From assembly GCA_963669175.1 (NCBI GenBank), contig OY769902.1, forward strand, positions 576,001 through 640,000: a stretch of 64,000 nucleotides of DNA, written 5' to 3'. Below are positions 40,874-52,180 of the stretch, piece by piece. The stretch is from a bacterium. Its GTDB lineage: Bacteria > Electryoneota > Electryoneia > Electryoneales > Electryoneaceae. The stretch's first letter is position 1. Every line of letters begins with the position of its first letter. A program made the position numbers and the translations under genes. A model generated the notes under the pieces. The model did no database searches, had not been told where the DNA came from, and saw nothing but the letters and a program-made list of their open reading frames with translations.

Positions 40874-43570
40874 ATGTTTATAGCTAAATGGGATGGCGAT
40901 GACACCCATGATCTGATCGCTCACGTGTTAGATGTAGCAGCAGTGGTGAAACTGCTGATACACGACCATCTGACAAAGAATAGCCGTGCAACCCTTTTAG
41001 AATCGTTCCCCGGGTATTCAGTGGAACCTGTTATTCAGTTAGTGTGTTTCCTTGCGGGACTGCATGATATTGGCAAGGGAACTCCCTGGTTCCAAGCGAG
41101 ACATCAACCAACATTACAAGCCCTCGTCACTATGGGATATGCTTTTCGCGGTTCTAATCAACCTCACGCGTTCCTATCCCAATACCTCATTCCCAGCATT
41201 CTCCTTCAAATTTGGCCAGAGTGGAGAGATTCCCAAAAATGGTTAAATCGTGTGGGCAAGCTATTAGGTGGTCACCATGGTCTATTCTGCGCATCATTTA
41301 CACCCCCGCGCCGAGACCTGGGGGATGGCAAATGGGATCATACTCGGTTGGAAATAGTTCGAACAATCGCTCAAGTCCTACAGATTGATTCTTCAGTACA
41401 ACCAACAATTGAGTATACATCTGATCGTTTCAATGTGACCTTCGCGGGTCTCGTAACCATAGCAGACTGGATCGGAAGCCAACAGGACTTTTTTCCGTTT
41501 GTCCCCATAATTGATGATCCTTCCTCGTATTGGCGGACAAGCCAAGAGCAAGCAAGACATGCACTGGATAAGATGGGCTGGCGAACGCACCGTCCAGTAG
41601 CTGTCTCTAATCAGCTTGATAGGTATTTTCCGGATGCTAAGGATCCCGTATGGCGCCCGGTTCAGGAGATCGTTAAACGGGCATTGCCTGATAAACCTGC
41701 AGCCTCCCTGATCATTGTCGAGGATAGCACCGGAGGCGGAAAAACAGAGGCATCATGGTTGGCCGCAGAAACAGATTGGCATCGACTGGAACAAGCCGGT
41801 CTATATATAGGGATGCCAACAATGGCTACCAGTAATGCTATGCATAAACGTTTGCAGGAATACCTCGCCTCAAGCTACCCAGACGAAGTGGTCAATCTGC
41901 AACTTGCGCATAGCCTTGCAACTCTCGATAATCCATCAGCGCTCACATCTGTAGGTGATCCTGAAGCCAATAATAATCACACCCACGGTACAACAACCGC
42001 AGAATCCTGGTTTCTTCCAAAAAAGCGTACTCTTTTCGCGCCGTTCGGGGTGGGAACTGTTGACCAAGCACTTATGGCTGTGCTGCAAGTCAAACATTTC
42101 TACCTGCGTCTATTCGCACTTGCTGGGACAACGGTCATTTTTGATGAGATCCACGCGTATGACGTGTACATGTCCACACTTTTTGATTGCTTACTCCGCT
42201 GGCTCGGAGAACTGGGCGTTACAGTGGTGCTTCTATCGGCAACTTTGCCCTCAGCACGTCGCAAACAACTCATAGAGGCATATTGTGGTCAGGTTGACTT
42301 AAAGGTTCCAGATACTACCGACGGGGAATTCCCCAGGGTTCATGTTGTCAACTCCGATGGAATCTATTTAAACACACCCGGTAAAGCCGCAGTACCCTCC
42401 ACACCGAATAGATCTGTGTCAGTACAGGTTGTGTACGAGGAAGATGAGGCAATACTTGAACGCCTACACAACTTTCTGCAAGATGGGGGCTGCGGGGTCT
42501 GGATCTGCAATACCGTCGCGGACGCGCAGAAACGATATCGTGACTGGCAAGAACGATATCCGGATTGGCTAGAGGAAGAAATGATCCTCTTTCATGCCCG
42601 TTTTCCCTTTGGCCGCAGAGCTGAAATCGAAGAGCAGATTCAGAATCTGTTTGGCAAGAACGACACGATACGACCAACTAGGACTATAGTTTTCGCGACT
42701 CAGGTAATTGAGCAGAGCCTGGATGTTGACTTCGATGTGATGGTGTCGGACCTGGGACCTATCGACTTACTGATTCAGCGTATCGGCCGCCTCCAGCGAC
42801 ACAGGCATCTTCAACGCCCGGAACGCTTCAGTGACAATCCTGTTTGTTTTGTAGCCTCGCCGCTATTGGGCAAAGATGGTGTTCCGCTGTGGGGAAACCA
42901 AGCGAAGATTTACGATGAATTCATTTTGCTGAAAACGTGGCGGGTTCTCGGATTGCTTGACGGACACCCGGTCAGTCTTCCCACGGAATCTGACCACCTC
43001 ATCAACTTTGTATATGACACAATGATTCCAAGCAATCTGCCAGACCGATTGGACCAGGTGTTTATTGCAGCAAAGGCAAAATCAGACAAGGCTGCCGAGG
43101 ACGATAGAACAAAGGCGGAAACAATAGTCATCAAGGAACCACGACCTGTTGGCAGAGAAAGCATCATGGATCAGGCAAGTAAGAATCTCGATGAGGATGA
43201 TCCTTTAATACACGAGTCCTTACGTGCAGCAACAAGGCTGGGGCCACCCTCTGTAACCGTGATATGTGTCCACCAGGTAAAACAAGGTATAGCGTTAGAT
43301 GCAAAAGGTTCAGACCTGTTTGACCTGAACACGGATATCAATCATAAGCTTGTACAGGATTTAATGCGTCAGTCACTCAATATTTCATGCTACAATCCAG
43401 CCAGGTTAACTGCAGTATTCGAGGCTTCGGTTATGCCAGTGGGTTGGAAAAGACACGCGGCATTACGATACACAGTATTGTTACCTCTGGTCGATGGCCA
43501 GATTCAGTTGGGAAAGGAGGTGTTTCGGCTGAACGATGATGAAGGATTGGTAATCACGAGGCAATTCTAA
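40874..43570 (+). CDS. cas3: CRISPR-associated HD nuclease/helicase Cas3
   Basis: 'H..DVAAV', 'LHDIGK', 'HHG', 'IADWIGS', 'TGGGKTEA', 'DEIH', 'SAT', 'QVIEQSLD.DFD', 'QR.GRLQRH'. Confidence 0.96.
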   Translation: MFIAKWDGDDTHDLIAHVLDVAAVVKLLIHDHLTKNSRATLLESFPGYSVEPVIQLVCFLAGLHDIGKGTPWFQARHQPTLQALVTMGYAFRGSNQPHAFLSQYLIPSILLQIWPEWRDSQKWLNRVGKLLGGHHGLFCASFTPPRRDLGDGKWDHTRLEIVRTIAQVLQIDSSVQPTIEYTSDRFNVTFAGLVTIADWIGSQQDFFPFVPIIDDPSSYWRTSQEQARHALDKMGWRTHRPVAVSNQLDRYFPDAKDPVWRPVQEIVKRALPDKPAASLIIVEDSTGGGKTEASWLAAETDWHRLEQAGLYIGMPTMATSNAMHKRLQEYLASSYPDEVVNLQLAHSLATLDNPSALTSVGDPEANNNHTHGTTTAESWFLPKKRTLFAPFGVGTVDQALMAVLQVKHFYLRLFALAGTTVIFDEIHAYDVYMSTLFDCLLRWLGELGVTVVLLSATLPSARRKQLIEAYCGQVDLKVPDTTDGEFPRVHVVNSDGIYLNTPGKAAVPSTPNRSVSVQVVYEEDEAILERLHNFLQDGGCGVWICNTVADAQKRYRDWQERYPDWLEEEMILFHARFPFGRRAEIEEQIQNLFGKNDTIRPTRTIVFATQVIEQSLDVDFDVMVSDLGPIDLLIQRIGRLQRHRHLQRPERFSDNPVCFVASPLLGKDGVPLWGNQAKIYDEFILLKTWRVLGLLDGHPVSLPTESDHLINFVYDTMIPSNLPDRLDQVFIAAKAKSDKAAEDDRTKAETIVIKEPRPVGRESIMDQASKNLDEDDPLIHESLRAATRLGPPSVTVICVHQVKQGIALDAKGSDLFDLNTDINHKLVQDLMRQSLNISCYNPARLTAVFEASVMPVGWKRHAALRYTVLLPLVDGQIQLGKEVFRLNDDEGLVITRQF

Positions 43571-43589
43571 CAAACCGAAAGGTATATTC

Positions 43590-45173
43590 ATGGCACCATT
43601 CAACCTTGTAACAGAAGCCTGGATTCCGTGTTTGAAGCCCGATTGGATCGTCGTGGAAGCTGGGCTGCGGGATGTACTTCTGAGCGCTCATGAGTTCCGC
43701 GAGATGCAGGATACATCTCCCTTGGTCACAGCATCGTTGCATCGTCTCCTGATAGCTCTGGTTGCGTCCATGTACTCACCCAAGACGCTTGATGACTGGT
43801 TGGCGCTCTGGGAGAAAAAGCAATTCTATGCTGAAACAGTGAATACCTATTTCGCAGATCGGATGGATCGATTCGATCTGTTCCATCCCGATTACCCTTT
43901 CTACCAGGTAGCGAAATTCAAGGTCAACAAACCATCTCCGATCAGCCAGCTAGCCATGGAAGAAGTGTCAGGGAACAACCCAGTGCTTTTCGACCATCGT
44001 AGGGACGATGCGCCTGATCCAATTCCACCCGAAGTCGCTGCACGGCGACTTGTCGCGCTACAGAACTTTGCGGTTGGATTTGGACAGAGCGCAAAACCGG
44101 AGATAGATGGAAAGAATGTAGTGACCAAACGTATCGACACAGGTGATGGTCCACTCGCACGCGGATCGACCCTGATTGTTTATGGTGGCAACCTATTCGA
44201 AACTCTGATACTGAACACGCTTCCGGCTTCCCTACGGGAAGAAACCCTTCTCGAGAATGGAACAGCAGTGTGGGACCGAATCAAGCCAGTTCGGCCAGGC
44301 GAACCACGACACCCTGACGGATACTTGGACCAACTTACCTGGCCTACTCGCTGGGCTCGTCTGCTTCCAGATGGTGTTTCCTGCAAAACTCTATCGTCAG
44401 TATATCTTGCGCAAGGCTCACGGATGTCAGGTGACGTTATGGATCCTATGAAGCGGTACAAGCGGGATGAAAAGCAGGGTTGGTTATCCCAATCGATGAG
44501 AGCAGACCGCGCACTCTGGCGGGATAGTGCTGCCTGGTTGGAATTCAGCGATACGAACCGTCCTCCAGCGACACTAAGAATGATCCGGAACTTGGTGGAG
44601 GAATCAGATTTAGACACCTCAAAGACATTGGATCTTCGCGTCTTTGGTTTCGGAACCAAACCAGGGAAAGCTGCCGCTATCCAGTTCTGGCGTGCAGATG
44701 CAATCTCGGTCCCAATGGAATTTCTTGAGGATGAGGATCTGGTGGCACGACTTCGTCAATGCTTGGAGTGGGCCGAGCGTGGTGCAAAGACTCTTCGTAG
44801 CGCCATCTGGAAATTCGGTGATGTTTACCTCCCCGATATGGGGAAAGATCAGAAGACCGCCAAAATTGAAGATTTAATTCAAAACCTGGCTCCCATTAAT
44901 CGTTACTGGCCAGACATGGAGCTTCATTTTCGCGCCCTGTTGTTCGCCTTGATTGATGATCCGGACCAGGCAGAAACCGACTGGATGGATCAGATCGAAA
45001 ACACCGCAAGAAGTGCTCTCGAACATACCCTTCGAAAACTACCCATCAAGGGCCGAGACCAACAGGCAGCTGTTCATTCACGGGGCGTATTGAACAGCCT
45101 GTTACGCAGAATTCGCAATGATGCAGGGTTATTGCCTGTACCAACAGAGGAGGATACCTATGACAGTAAATGA
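43590..45173 (+). CDS. casA: Type I-E Cascade large subunit Cas8e/Cse1
   Basis: 'FNLV.EAWIP', 'RFDLFHP..PFYQ', 'G.NLFETL.LN', 'LTWP.R..RL'. Confidence 0.93.
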   Translation: MAPFNLVTEAWIPCLKPDWIVVEAGLRDVLLSAHEFREMQDTSPLVTASLHRLLIALVASMYSPKTLDDWLALWEKKQFYAETVNTYFADRMDRFDLFHPDYPFYQVAKFKVNKPSPISQLAMEEVSGNNPVLFDHRRDDAPDPIPPEVAARRLVALQNFAVGFGQSAKPEIDGKNVVTKRIDTGDGPLARGSTLIVYGGNLFETLILNTLPASLREETLLENGTAVWDRIKPVRPGEPRHPDGYLDQLTWPTRWARLLPDGVSCKTLSSVYLAQGSRMSGDVMDPMKRYKRDEKQGWLSQSMRADRALWRDSAAWLEFSDTNRPPATLRMIRNLVEESDLDTSKTLDLRVFGFGTKPGKAAAIQFWRADAISVPMEFLEDEDLVARLRQCLEWAERGAKTLRSAIWKFGDVYLPDMGKDQKTAKIEDLIQNLAPINRYWPDMELHFRALLFALIDDPDQAETDWMDQIENTARSALEHTLRKLPIKGRDQQAAVHSRGVLNSLLRRIRNDAGLLPVPTEEDTYDSK

Positions 45174-45798
45174 CGAAAAACGTGAGGTTGCGTTCGTCCG
45201 CAAACTGGTTGACTTATGGGAAGACCGGGGAGCAATGGCGAATCTGCGTCGAGGTCTTCGGGTTGAAAACCCGAAAGCAGACGCCCGCATGGTGTCAACG
45301 ATTGCACCGATGCTGTATGGAGTGTCCGCATCTGACGAAGATCGCTTCTATTGGATTGCATCTCTGTTCGCTACAGTTCATACCGGTTCGAATAAACCGG
45401 TCTGGATGAAGATGCATCTCGATGAACCGGCTGAAATCTGGAAACGCCATACAATTGGGGAGGCCTTCCATAAGATGAGTGCGGCTGAACGGCGAGAACG
45501 TAACCTCAAGCCGGACAAAAAAACCAGCACAGATAGCCGCTTTGAAAAACTGATGAACAGCAACTGGGAAGATCTGCCCAACAGGCTGCGCCACGCTGTC
45601 CGTCAACTTGCATCACGCCATGGCTCGGATCGTGAACGGGTGGACATTGACTGGGTCCGCCTGCTGCACGACATCGCACCGCGCAGGTTCAATAGTCCAG
45701 AACGATACATCCAGCAGGCTTGGGCGAATAGCTACTGGCGTACCACCACGAAGAAGGAAGAAGAAAACAAAACAACTGAAAAGACTGAAAACGCATAA
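45160..45798 (+). CDS. casB: Type I-E small subunit Cas11/Cse2
   Basis: 'A.LRRG', 'RF..L', 'LRHAV', 'IDW..L..D', 'WA..YW'. Confidence 0.88.
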   Translation: MTVNDEKREVAFVRKLVDLWEDRGAMANLRRGLRVENPKADARMVSTIAPMLYGVSASDEDRFYWIASLFATVHTGSNKPVWMKMHLDEPAEIWKRHTIGEAFHKMSAAERRERNLKPDKKTSTDSRFEKLMNSNWEDLPNRLRHAVRQLASRHGSDRERVDIDWVRLLHDIAPRRFNSPERYIQQAWANSYWRTTTKKEEENKTTEKTENA

Positions 45799-45815
45799 CA
45801 CAAGGAGAAAGACCC

Positions 45816-46967
45816 ATGTTTATCGAATTGCACATGATCCAGAACATTCCCCCGGCCAACCTGAACCGGGATGACAGTGGCGCTCCCAAGGATTGTGAGT
45901 TCGGCGGCCATCGTCGTGCACGGATCTCATCCCAGAGCCTCAAGCGTGCGATCAGGTTTCATGATGATATGCGAAATTTGGAAGGTGCATCACCGTCCCA
46001 GCGTACAAAGCGAATTGTGGAACAGGTCGTTGATCGGCTTGTCAACGGCGGTCATGATAAGGAAAAAGCGGAATCCATCGTCAAGATCGTTATGGACGCC
46101 GCAGGGGTTTCGACAGATGACAAGGGGAAATCCAGCATCCTGTTCTTTATCAATGACGCCGCAATGGACTGCATTGCTCAACTCATCCATGACCACTTTG
46201 AAGACTTGGACCAGAAGAAAAAGAAGGACATTCCCGGCGATGTCGTCAACGAGATCGTGGACATTTTCCTGGAAGAGATCCACTCCCCGGATCTCGCCCT
46301 GTTCGGTAGGATGGTGGCTGTCGATCCCAAATCACCTCTCGGTGCAAAGAACTTGAAGATCAACGCTGCCTGCCAGGTCGCACACGCCATAAGCACCAAT
46401 CGTGTCAGCATGGATGAAGACTTCTTCACCGCTGTGGATGATTTGAATCCTGATGAAGAGACTGGCGCTGGCATGATGGGCGTGATCGATTTCAATAGCT
46501 CGTGCTTTTACAGATACAGTGTCATCGATACCCGCGCCCTGGAAGCGAATCTGGGCCATGACCAGAAACTCGCTGAGAACACAGTTCACGCTTTCATCAA
46601 AGCGTCTGTCGAGTCGCTGCCGAGCGGCAAGCAGAACAGCTTCGCCGCACATACTCGTCCGGATTTCGTGCTGGCCATCGTCCGTAAGGGGCAACCACTC
46701 TCCTTGGCTAATTCGTTCGCCAACCCGGTTCGTCCCTGGCAGAACGAAGGCATGGTGGAGGCTAGCGTGAAAGCAATGTATGAACACCTCAAGAAGCTCA
46801 CCGAAACGTATGGTGACGGCGACCTGATCGAGCATTTCTGGATCTATACAAAAGATCTGTCCGAAGAAGACAAAAAGAGGTGGGAAGAAGTGTTTGGTTT
46901 CAAGGACGAAAGCCTCGAAACCCTCATTGGTGACACTATTGGGCAAGCATTTCCCGAGGAGGATTAA
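45816..46967 (+). CDS. cas7: Cas7 (Cse4)
   Basis: 'NLNRDD.GAPK...FGG..RARISSQSLKRA.R', 'ALFGRM', 'QVAHAIST', 'PSGKQNSFA'. Confidence 0.96.
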   Translation: MFIELHMIQNIPPANLNRDDSGAPKDCEFGGHRRARISSQSLKRAIRFHDDMRNLEGASPSQRTKRIVEQVVDRLVNGGHDKEKAESIVKIVMDAAGVSTDDKGKSSILFFINDAAMDCIAQLIHDHFEDLDQKKKKDIPGDVVNEIVDIFLEEIHSPDLALFGRMVAVDPKSPLGAKNLKINAACQVAHAISTNRVSMDEDFFTAVDDLNPDEETGAGMMGVIDFNSSCFYRYSVIDTRALEANLGHDQKLAENTVHAFIKASVESLPSGKQNSFAAHTRPDFVLAIVRKGQPLSLANSFANPVRPWQNEGMVEASVKAMYEHLKKLTETYGDGDLIEHFWIYTKDLSEEDKKRWEEVFGFKDESLETLIGDTIGQAFPEED

Positions 46968-46970
46968 ACC

Positions 46971-47657
46971 ATGGCAGTCTTACTCCTGCAACTGATGGGT
47001 CCGATGCAGGCATGGGGGCTGCAAAGCCGGTTCGATATCCGGGATACAGGACGTGAACCGTCCAAGTCCGGTGTAGTAGGAATGCTTGCTTCGGCTTTAG
47101 GCAGATCTCGTTCGGAACCCATTGATGATCTGGCCGCTCTACGTATGGGAGTCCGTGTGGATCGTGAGGGTGTTCTGATGCGGGATTTCCAGACCACCAT
47201 GTCTGTACCGAAAGCGGCCGGAGGTGAATTTGGGACCGTAACTAGCGACCGATATTACCTGAGTGATGGTGCATTCCTTGTGGGACTGGAGGGTGAGCGC
47301 TCGCGACTGGAAACCGTATCGCAGGCCCTGGCTATCCCACGCTGGCCGCTATACCTGGGGCGTCGGGCGATGCCGCCCGCGGAACCGTTGCTGGTCGGAA
47401 ACGGCGAACTTATGGATACAACCCTCGAGACCGCTTTGCAGAATCACCAATGGCTTCATGACTATACTCACAATCCCAGTCGTCCGGCGAAAGTCCGCCT
47501 GTTGATCGAGGTTACTCCGAACGATGCACACAAGGCAGGCGTAACTGTTGAAAGACGACCGGATCAACCGGTGACGTTCATGCCGCCAACCCATACCATC
47601 CGGTATGTAGCCACCAAGTTTATTCCCCTTCCACCCGAAGATAGAGGAGGTGAATGA
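46971..47657 (+). CDS. cas5: Cas5e
   Basis: 'L.GPMQAWG..SRF..R.T..EPSKSGV.G', 'YLGRR'. Confidence 0.95.
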   Translation: MAVLLLQLMGPMQAWGLQSRFDIRDTGREPSKSGVVGMLASALGRSRSEPIDDLAALRMGVRVDREGVLMRDFQTTMSVPKAAGGEFGTVTSDRYYLSDGAFLVGLEGERSRLETVSQALAIPRWPLYLGRRAMPPAEPLLVGNGELMDTTLETALQNHQWLHDYTHNPSRPAKVRLLIEVTPNDAHKAGVTVERRPDQPVTFMPPTHTIRYVATKFIPLPPEDRGGE

Positions 47658-48304
47658 TGCCCTATCTGTCACGACTGCTGCTTAACCCTGTCGGACGGGG
47701 CGTTGTCCGAGAGCTGCAGCATCCCTATGAGATGCACCGAACGCTTATGCGGAGCTTCGCGCCCAGGTCGCGTGAGGAGATTGGAAGCGTACTGTTTCGG
47801 GCAGATCTTCCGAAGGATACAACTCCCATCAAACTCTACGTCCAGTCTGATCATGAACCCGATTGGACCTTCCTCGCTGATTGGGAAAATTACCTGGTGA
47901 ACTGCGATTCAGCAACCACCAATCCTGCTGTCAAGCCATTCAAACCAGAGTTTTCCACTGGAATGCATTACCGGTTTCGGTTGCGCGCCAACCCAACCGT
48001 CAAGAAAAACGGGAAACGGATCGGTTTGGTCGGCCAGAAAGCTCAAGTGACCTGGATGCTGCGGAAAGCAGAACAACATGGATTCACATTATCCTCAGAG
48101 TCACTGCTTGCTCGCAACGAGGGCTATCTGCGAACTGGGACGTTGCAGAAAAACGAAGCCCAACACATGATGACACACCTGGCCGTTACGTATGATGGGG
48201 TGCTGCGTGTCGTTGATCCCTTAAAATTCCACGACGCCTGGCGCAACGGTATCGGTCCGGCTAAAGCCTTCGGATTTGGTCTGCTGAGTCTTGCGCCGGC
48301 TTGA
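47654..48304 (+). CDS. cas6e: Cas6e crRNA endonuclease
   Basis: 'YLSRL', 'Y..HR', 'FRLRANP', Gly-rich 'GIGPAKAFGFGLLSL'. Confidence 0.95.
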   Translation: MMPYLSRLLLNPVGRGVVRELQHPYEMHRTLMRSFAPRSREEIGSVLFRADLPKDTTPIKLYVQSDHEPDWTFLADWENYLVNCDSATTNPAVKPFKPEFSTGMHYRFRLRANPTVKKNGKRIGLVGQKAQVTWMLRKAEQHGFTLSSESLLARNEGYLRTGTLQKNEAQHMMTHLAVTYDGVLRVVDPLKFHDAWRNGIGPAKAFGFGLLSLAPA

Positions 48305-48551
48305 GTTGGAAGGAATTAGTTTTCAATTGACAGGGTACCTGGGCAACTGAGTATCCACCATCCAGTTCTTTGACAAGCGAACCTATGACAGTCAGATATG
48401 GAAAATGGGGGCTGGCTCGATTTGTTTTGTTCAATGGTGATTTCAGCTTGCTGAAGTTTCGGAACAAATGGTGTCTGTCCCGCATTTTCCGGTCATGAGA
48501 ACGATAACTTCCAGGAGAAGTATGAGTTCCTGATATCACCGGAGGTATATC

Positions 48552-49478
48552 ATGCAGGATTATCGTTCATTGCCGAAGCTTCGGGACAGCATCAGCCATT
48601 TGTATGTGGAGCATGCGCGTGTGGACAAGGAGGCGCAATCCATCGCTTTGCAGGACAAGGACGGGATTGTGTCTGTGCCTGTATCCGCGTTAACCCTGCT
48701 GATGCTCGGTCCCGGGACAACCATTACCCACCAGGCGGTCAAGGTGCTTGCGGACAGCGGGTGCCTGACAGTCTGGTGCGGAGAAGGCGGCATCCGTTAC
48801 TACGCGCATGGGTTGGGCGAGACCAGGAAAGGCTACAAGCTTGAACGGCAGGCACGGTTGTGGGCGGACGAAGAGAAACACATGGCGGTTGTTCGTGCCA
48901 TGTATTTCAAACGTCTTGGTCTTCGCAACCTGAAACCGTACAACCTTGAGCAGTTGCGTGGGATGGAAGGCGCACGGGTCCGTGACAGTTACGCCCAGAT
49001 GAGCCGTGAGACCGGCGTGCCCTGGAAGGGACGTCAGTATGACCGGAGCGCCTGGAACCGTGGCGATGAGGTCAACCGTGCCCTCTCTACCGCCAACTCC
49101 TGTTTGTATGGTCTTTGCCATGCCGCGATCATTTCTGGCGGGTATTCTCCCGGATTGGGCTTCATCCATTCCGGTAAACAGCTTTCGTTTGTCTACGATA
49201 TCGCTGACCTGTACAAGATGGAAGTTACTGTACCGGTTGCCTTTAACACGGTCAAAGAAGGCCCGGAACACCTGGAACGGACCATCCGCAAGAACTGTCG
49301 GGATCAGTTTTTCAGGACAAAGCTGTTGTCACGTATTCTCCCGGACATCGACGAACTGTTCAACCTGGGCGAACGTGCGGATGAACTCCCCCTTGACGAC
49401 TGGCCTGAAGATGAAGATCCGGCACGTCCGGCGCCGTACTGGGGCTCAGACCGTGACAGTGGAGGTGAACCATGGTAG
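48552..49478 (+). CDS. cas1: Type I-E Cas1
   Basis: 'LMLGPGT.ITH.A', 'LRGMEG.RVR', 'GFIHSG...[11 protein letters not shown]'. Confidence 0.96.
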   Translation: MQDYRSLPKLRDSISHLYVEHARVDKEAQSIALQDKDGIVSVPVSALTLLMLGPGTTITHQAVKVLADSGCLTVWCGEGGIRYYAHGLGETRKGYKLERQARLWADEEKHMAVVRAMYFKRLGLRNLKPYNLEQLRGMEGARVRDSYAQMSRETGVPWKGRQYDRSAWNRGDEVNRALSTANSCLYGLCHAAIISGGYSPGLGFIHSGKQLSFVYDIADLYKMEVTVPVAFNTVKEGPEHLERTIRKNCRDQFFRTKLLSRILPDIDELFNLGERADELPLDDWPEDEDPARPAPYWGSDRDSGGEPW

Positions 49479-49753
49479 TCATGATTGTGGAACGGGTTTC
49501 ACCTTCACTGCGAGGCGAACTGAGCCGATGGCTGATAGAAGTGAAAGCCGGAGTGTTCGTTGGCAAGGTATCCGCGTTGGTCAGGGATAAACTGTGGGAG
49601 AAAGTGACTGAGAAACGAAAGGATGGCGCCGCTGTTCAGGTCTGGTCCACCAACAACGAACAGGGCTTCGTGATGCGTATGGAAGGAGACCGTTCACGTC
49701 AACTTGCCGACTTCGAGGGTCTTCAGCTTGTAAAACGCACCGTAAGTTCTTAA
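49472..49753 (+). CDS. cas2: Type I-E Cas2
   Basis: '[25 protein letters not shown]', 'NEQGF', 'DFEGL.LV'. Confidence 0.95.
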   Translation: MVVMIVERVSPSLRGELSRWLIEVKAGVFVGKVSALVRDKLWEKVTEKRKDGAAVQVWSTNNEQGFVMRMEGDRSRQLADFEGLQLVKRTVSS

Positions 49754-49763
49754 TTTACGGAGT

Positions 49764-52180
49764 GTATTCCCCACACCCGTGGGGATGAACCGGTGTTGGA
49801 TGCAGCGATCGATATCATCATCGAGTATTCCCCACACCCGTGGGGATGAACCGGTCGGGGGTATTTTCTATGGTGCCTATCAAAGGTATTCCCCACACCC
49901 GTGGGGATGAACCGTTGTCCGTTCACGTATACAGGGAATTCACCCCGTATTCCCCACACCCGTGGGGATGAACCGCCTATGCCCTTCCAAAAACCCCTTT
50001 CCTGATAGTATTCCCCACACCCGTGGGGATGAACCGGAGATACAGTTGTTAATGGGGTGCCTGTAGAAGTATTCCCCACACCCGTGGGGATGAACCGTCT
50101 GCGTCAAATTGCGAAGCGCCGCAATTGGCCGTATTCCCCACACCCGTGGGGATGAACCGCGTAGCCAGTGCGTTGGTTTCTTCGTTCGCCAGTATTCCCC
50201 ACACCCGTGGGGATGAACCGAAGGGTTCAGGGTATTTCAAGGGCCATATTGAAGTATTCCCCACACCCGTGGGGATGAACCGCGGCAGCTTACCATTGTG
50301 ACAGGGTGATAGGCCGTATTCCCCACACCCGTGGGGATGAACCGGAGAAGATGAAGGACCACGCGGCGGACTGTGTAGTATTCCCCACACCCGTGGGGAT
50401 GAACCGCTCTGTGGATGGAATCGGATGGTATGATGGCAGTATTCCCCACACCCGTGGGGATGAACCCGGAGACGTCGGTCCCGATGGTGATGGTAGTCGT
50501 ATTCCCCACACCCGTGGGGATGAACCGCTGCTGTACCCAATGTTGGCGAAATAGAACCAGTATTCCCCACACCCGTGGGGATGAACCGTTTTACAACCAG
50601 CACATGAGACAGGAATTCAAGTATTCCCCACACCCGTGGGGATGAACCGAACAAGCACACGGGGTACGCGAATTATTACATCGGTATTCCCCACACCCGT
50701 GGGGATGAACCGAGGCTGGCCGCAAGAAGGGCAAGGCAGACTCCGTATTCCCCACACCCGTGGGGATGAACCGCAATACAAGCCACTAAAGCAACTCCTC
50801 CAAGAGTATTCCCCACACCCGTGGGGATGAACCGTGCAGATGTTATAGCGCAACTAGCGTTCGAGGCGTATTCCCCACACCCGTGGGGATGAACCGCGGG
50901 GTTCGGGGCAAACGCCGAGCTTTGGAAAGTATTCCCCACACCCGTGGGGATGAACCGTTCACCTGAACTTGACAGGCTGGAGAGTGAAGAGTATTCCCCA
51001 CACCCGTGGGGATGAACCGCCAATGCGGCGACTGAAGATAAACCACTTACGTATTCCCCACACCCGTGGGGATGAACCGGAAAGCAGACCGGCCCGAAAA
51101 CCGAGGCGGGGGTATTCCCCACACCCGTGGGGATGAACCGCTGAACGAGTATGCAGCGGCCGATTTGTCGCCGTATTCCCCACACCCGTGGGGATGAACC
51201 GATGGGCCGGGGCGGATTCGATTTTGGTTTAAAGTATTCCCCACACCCGTGGGGATGAACCGGGTTTCGTTCAATTTTATCTTGAACTTAGTTCGTATTC
51301 CCCACACCCGTGGGGATGAACCGAAGATGTCTGAAACCGAGTACCAAAAGAAGTTGTATTCCCCACACCCGTGGGGATGAACCGAAAGCAAAAGGAAAGC
51401 ACTACTATGCGTAGAAGTATTCCCCACACCCGTGGGGATGAACCGGCCGTTGAGGGCACAACCCTGACCTGGTCGGGGTATTCCCCACACCCGTGGGGAT
51501 GAATCGTATTTGGCAATAATCTCGATAAAAGCACGGGCGTATTCCCCACACCCGTGGGGATGAACCGGGGTAGGGATGCGTGACCTGCGATTCGAGCACG
51601 TATTCCCCACACCCGTGGGGATGAACCGACCCTGAACGTAAACTGTGCCGTGAGTTTGGCGTATTCCCCACACCCGTGGGGATGAACCGTTCGGCATGAT
51701 GATTCAGACCCTGATTTCGCCGTATTCCCCACACCCGTGGGGATGAACCGTATATAAATCAGGCCAAAGAAGGCCTTACTGAAGTATTCCCCACACCCGT
51801 GGGGATGAACCGGCGGAGCGGGCACTCAGGCGGCTTCCGAAGCCGTATTCCCCACACCCGTGGGGATGAACCGACGACGTACAGCGCAAATAAAGGCCAT
51901 TGAGCGTATTCCCCACACCCGTGGGGATGAACCGCTTCACGGGCAAAACTGAACATTGAAAAGGGAAGTATTCCCCACACCCGTGGGGATGAACCGGAGT
52001 AAGCATGAAACCTTCAGATTTGCAGAAAGTATTCCCCACACCCGTGGGGGTGAACCGCCTTGCGAAATAAAGTTTCGTGCTGTCGTGGAAGTATTCCCCA
52101 CACCCGTGGGGATGGACCGCACTGGGGGATGCCATTGGCCGAGATGCCGGGGTATTCCCCACACCCGTGGGGGTGAACTC
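49764..52180 (+). CRISPR. Type I-E CRISPR array, 40 repeats / 39 spacers (31-34 nt)
   Basis: 29-bp repeat GTATTCCCCACACCCGTGGGGATGAACCG with ~61-bp period; the last three repeats are degenerate, marking the trailer end. Confidence 0.98.

Noticed and set aside
49793-52151. Self-targeting spacers
   Set aside because: Only short (~10-nt) chance matches noticed by eye; alignment is needed to exclude them formally.
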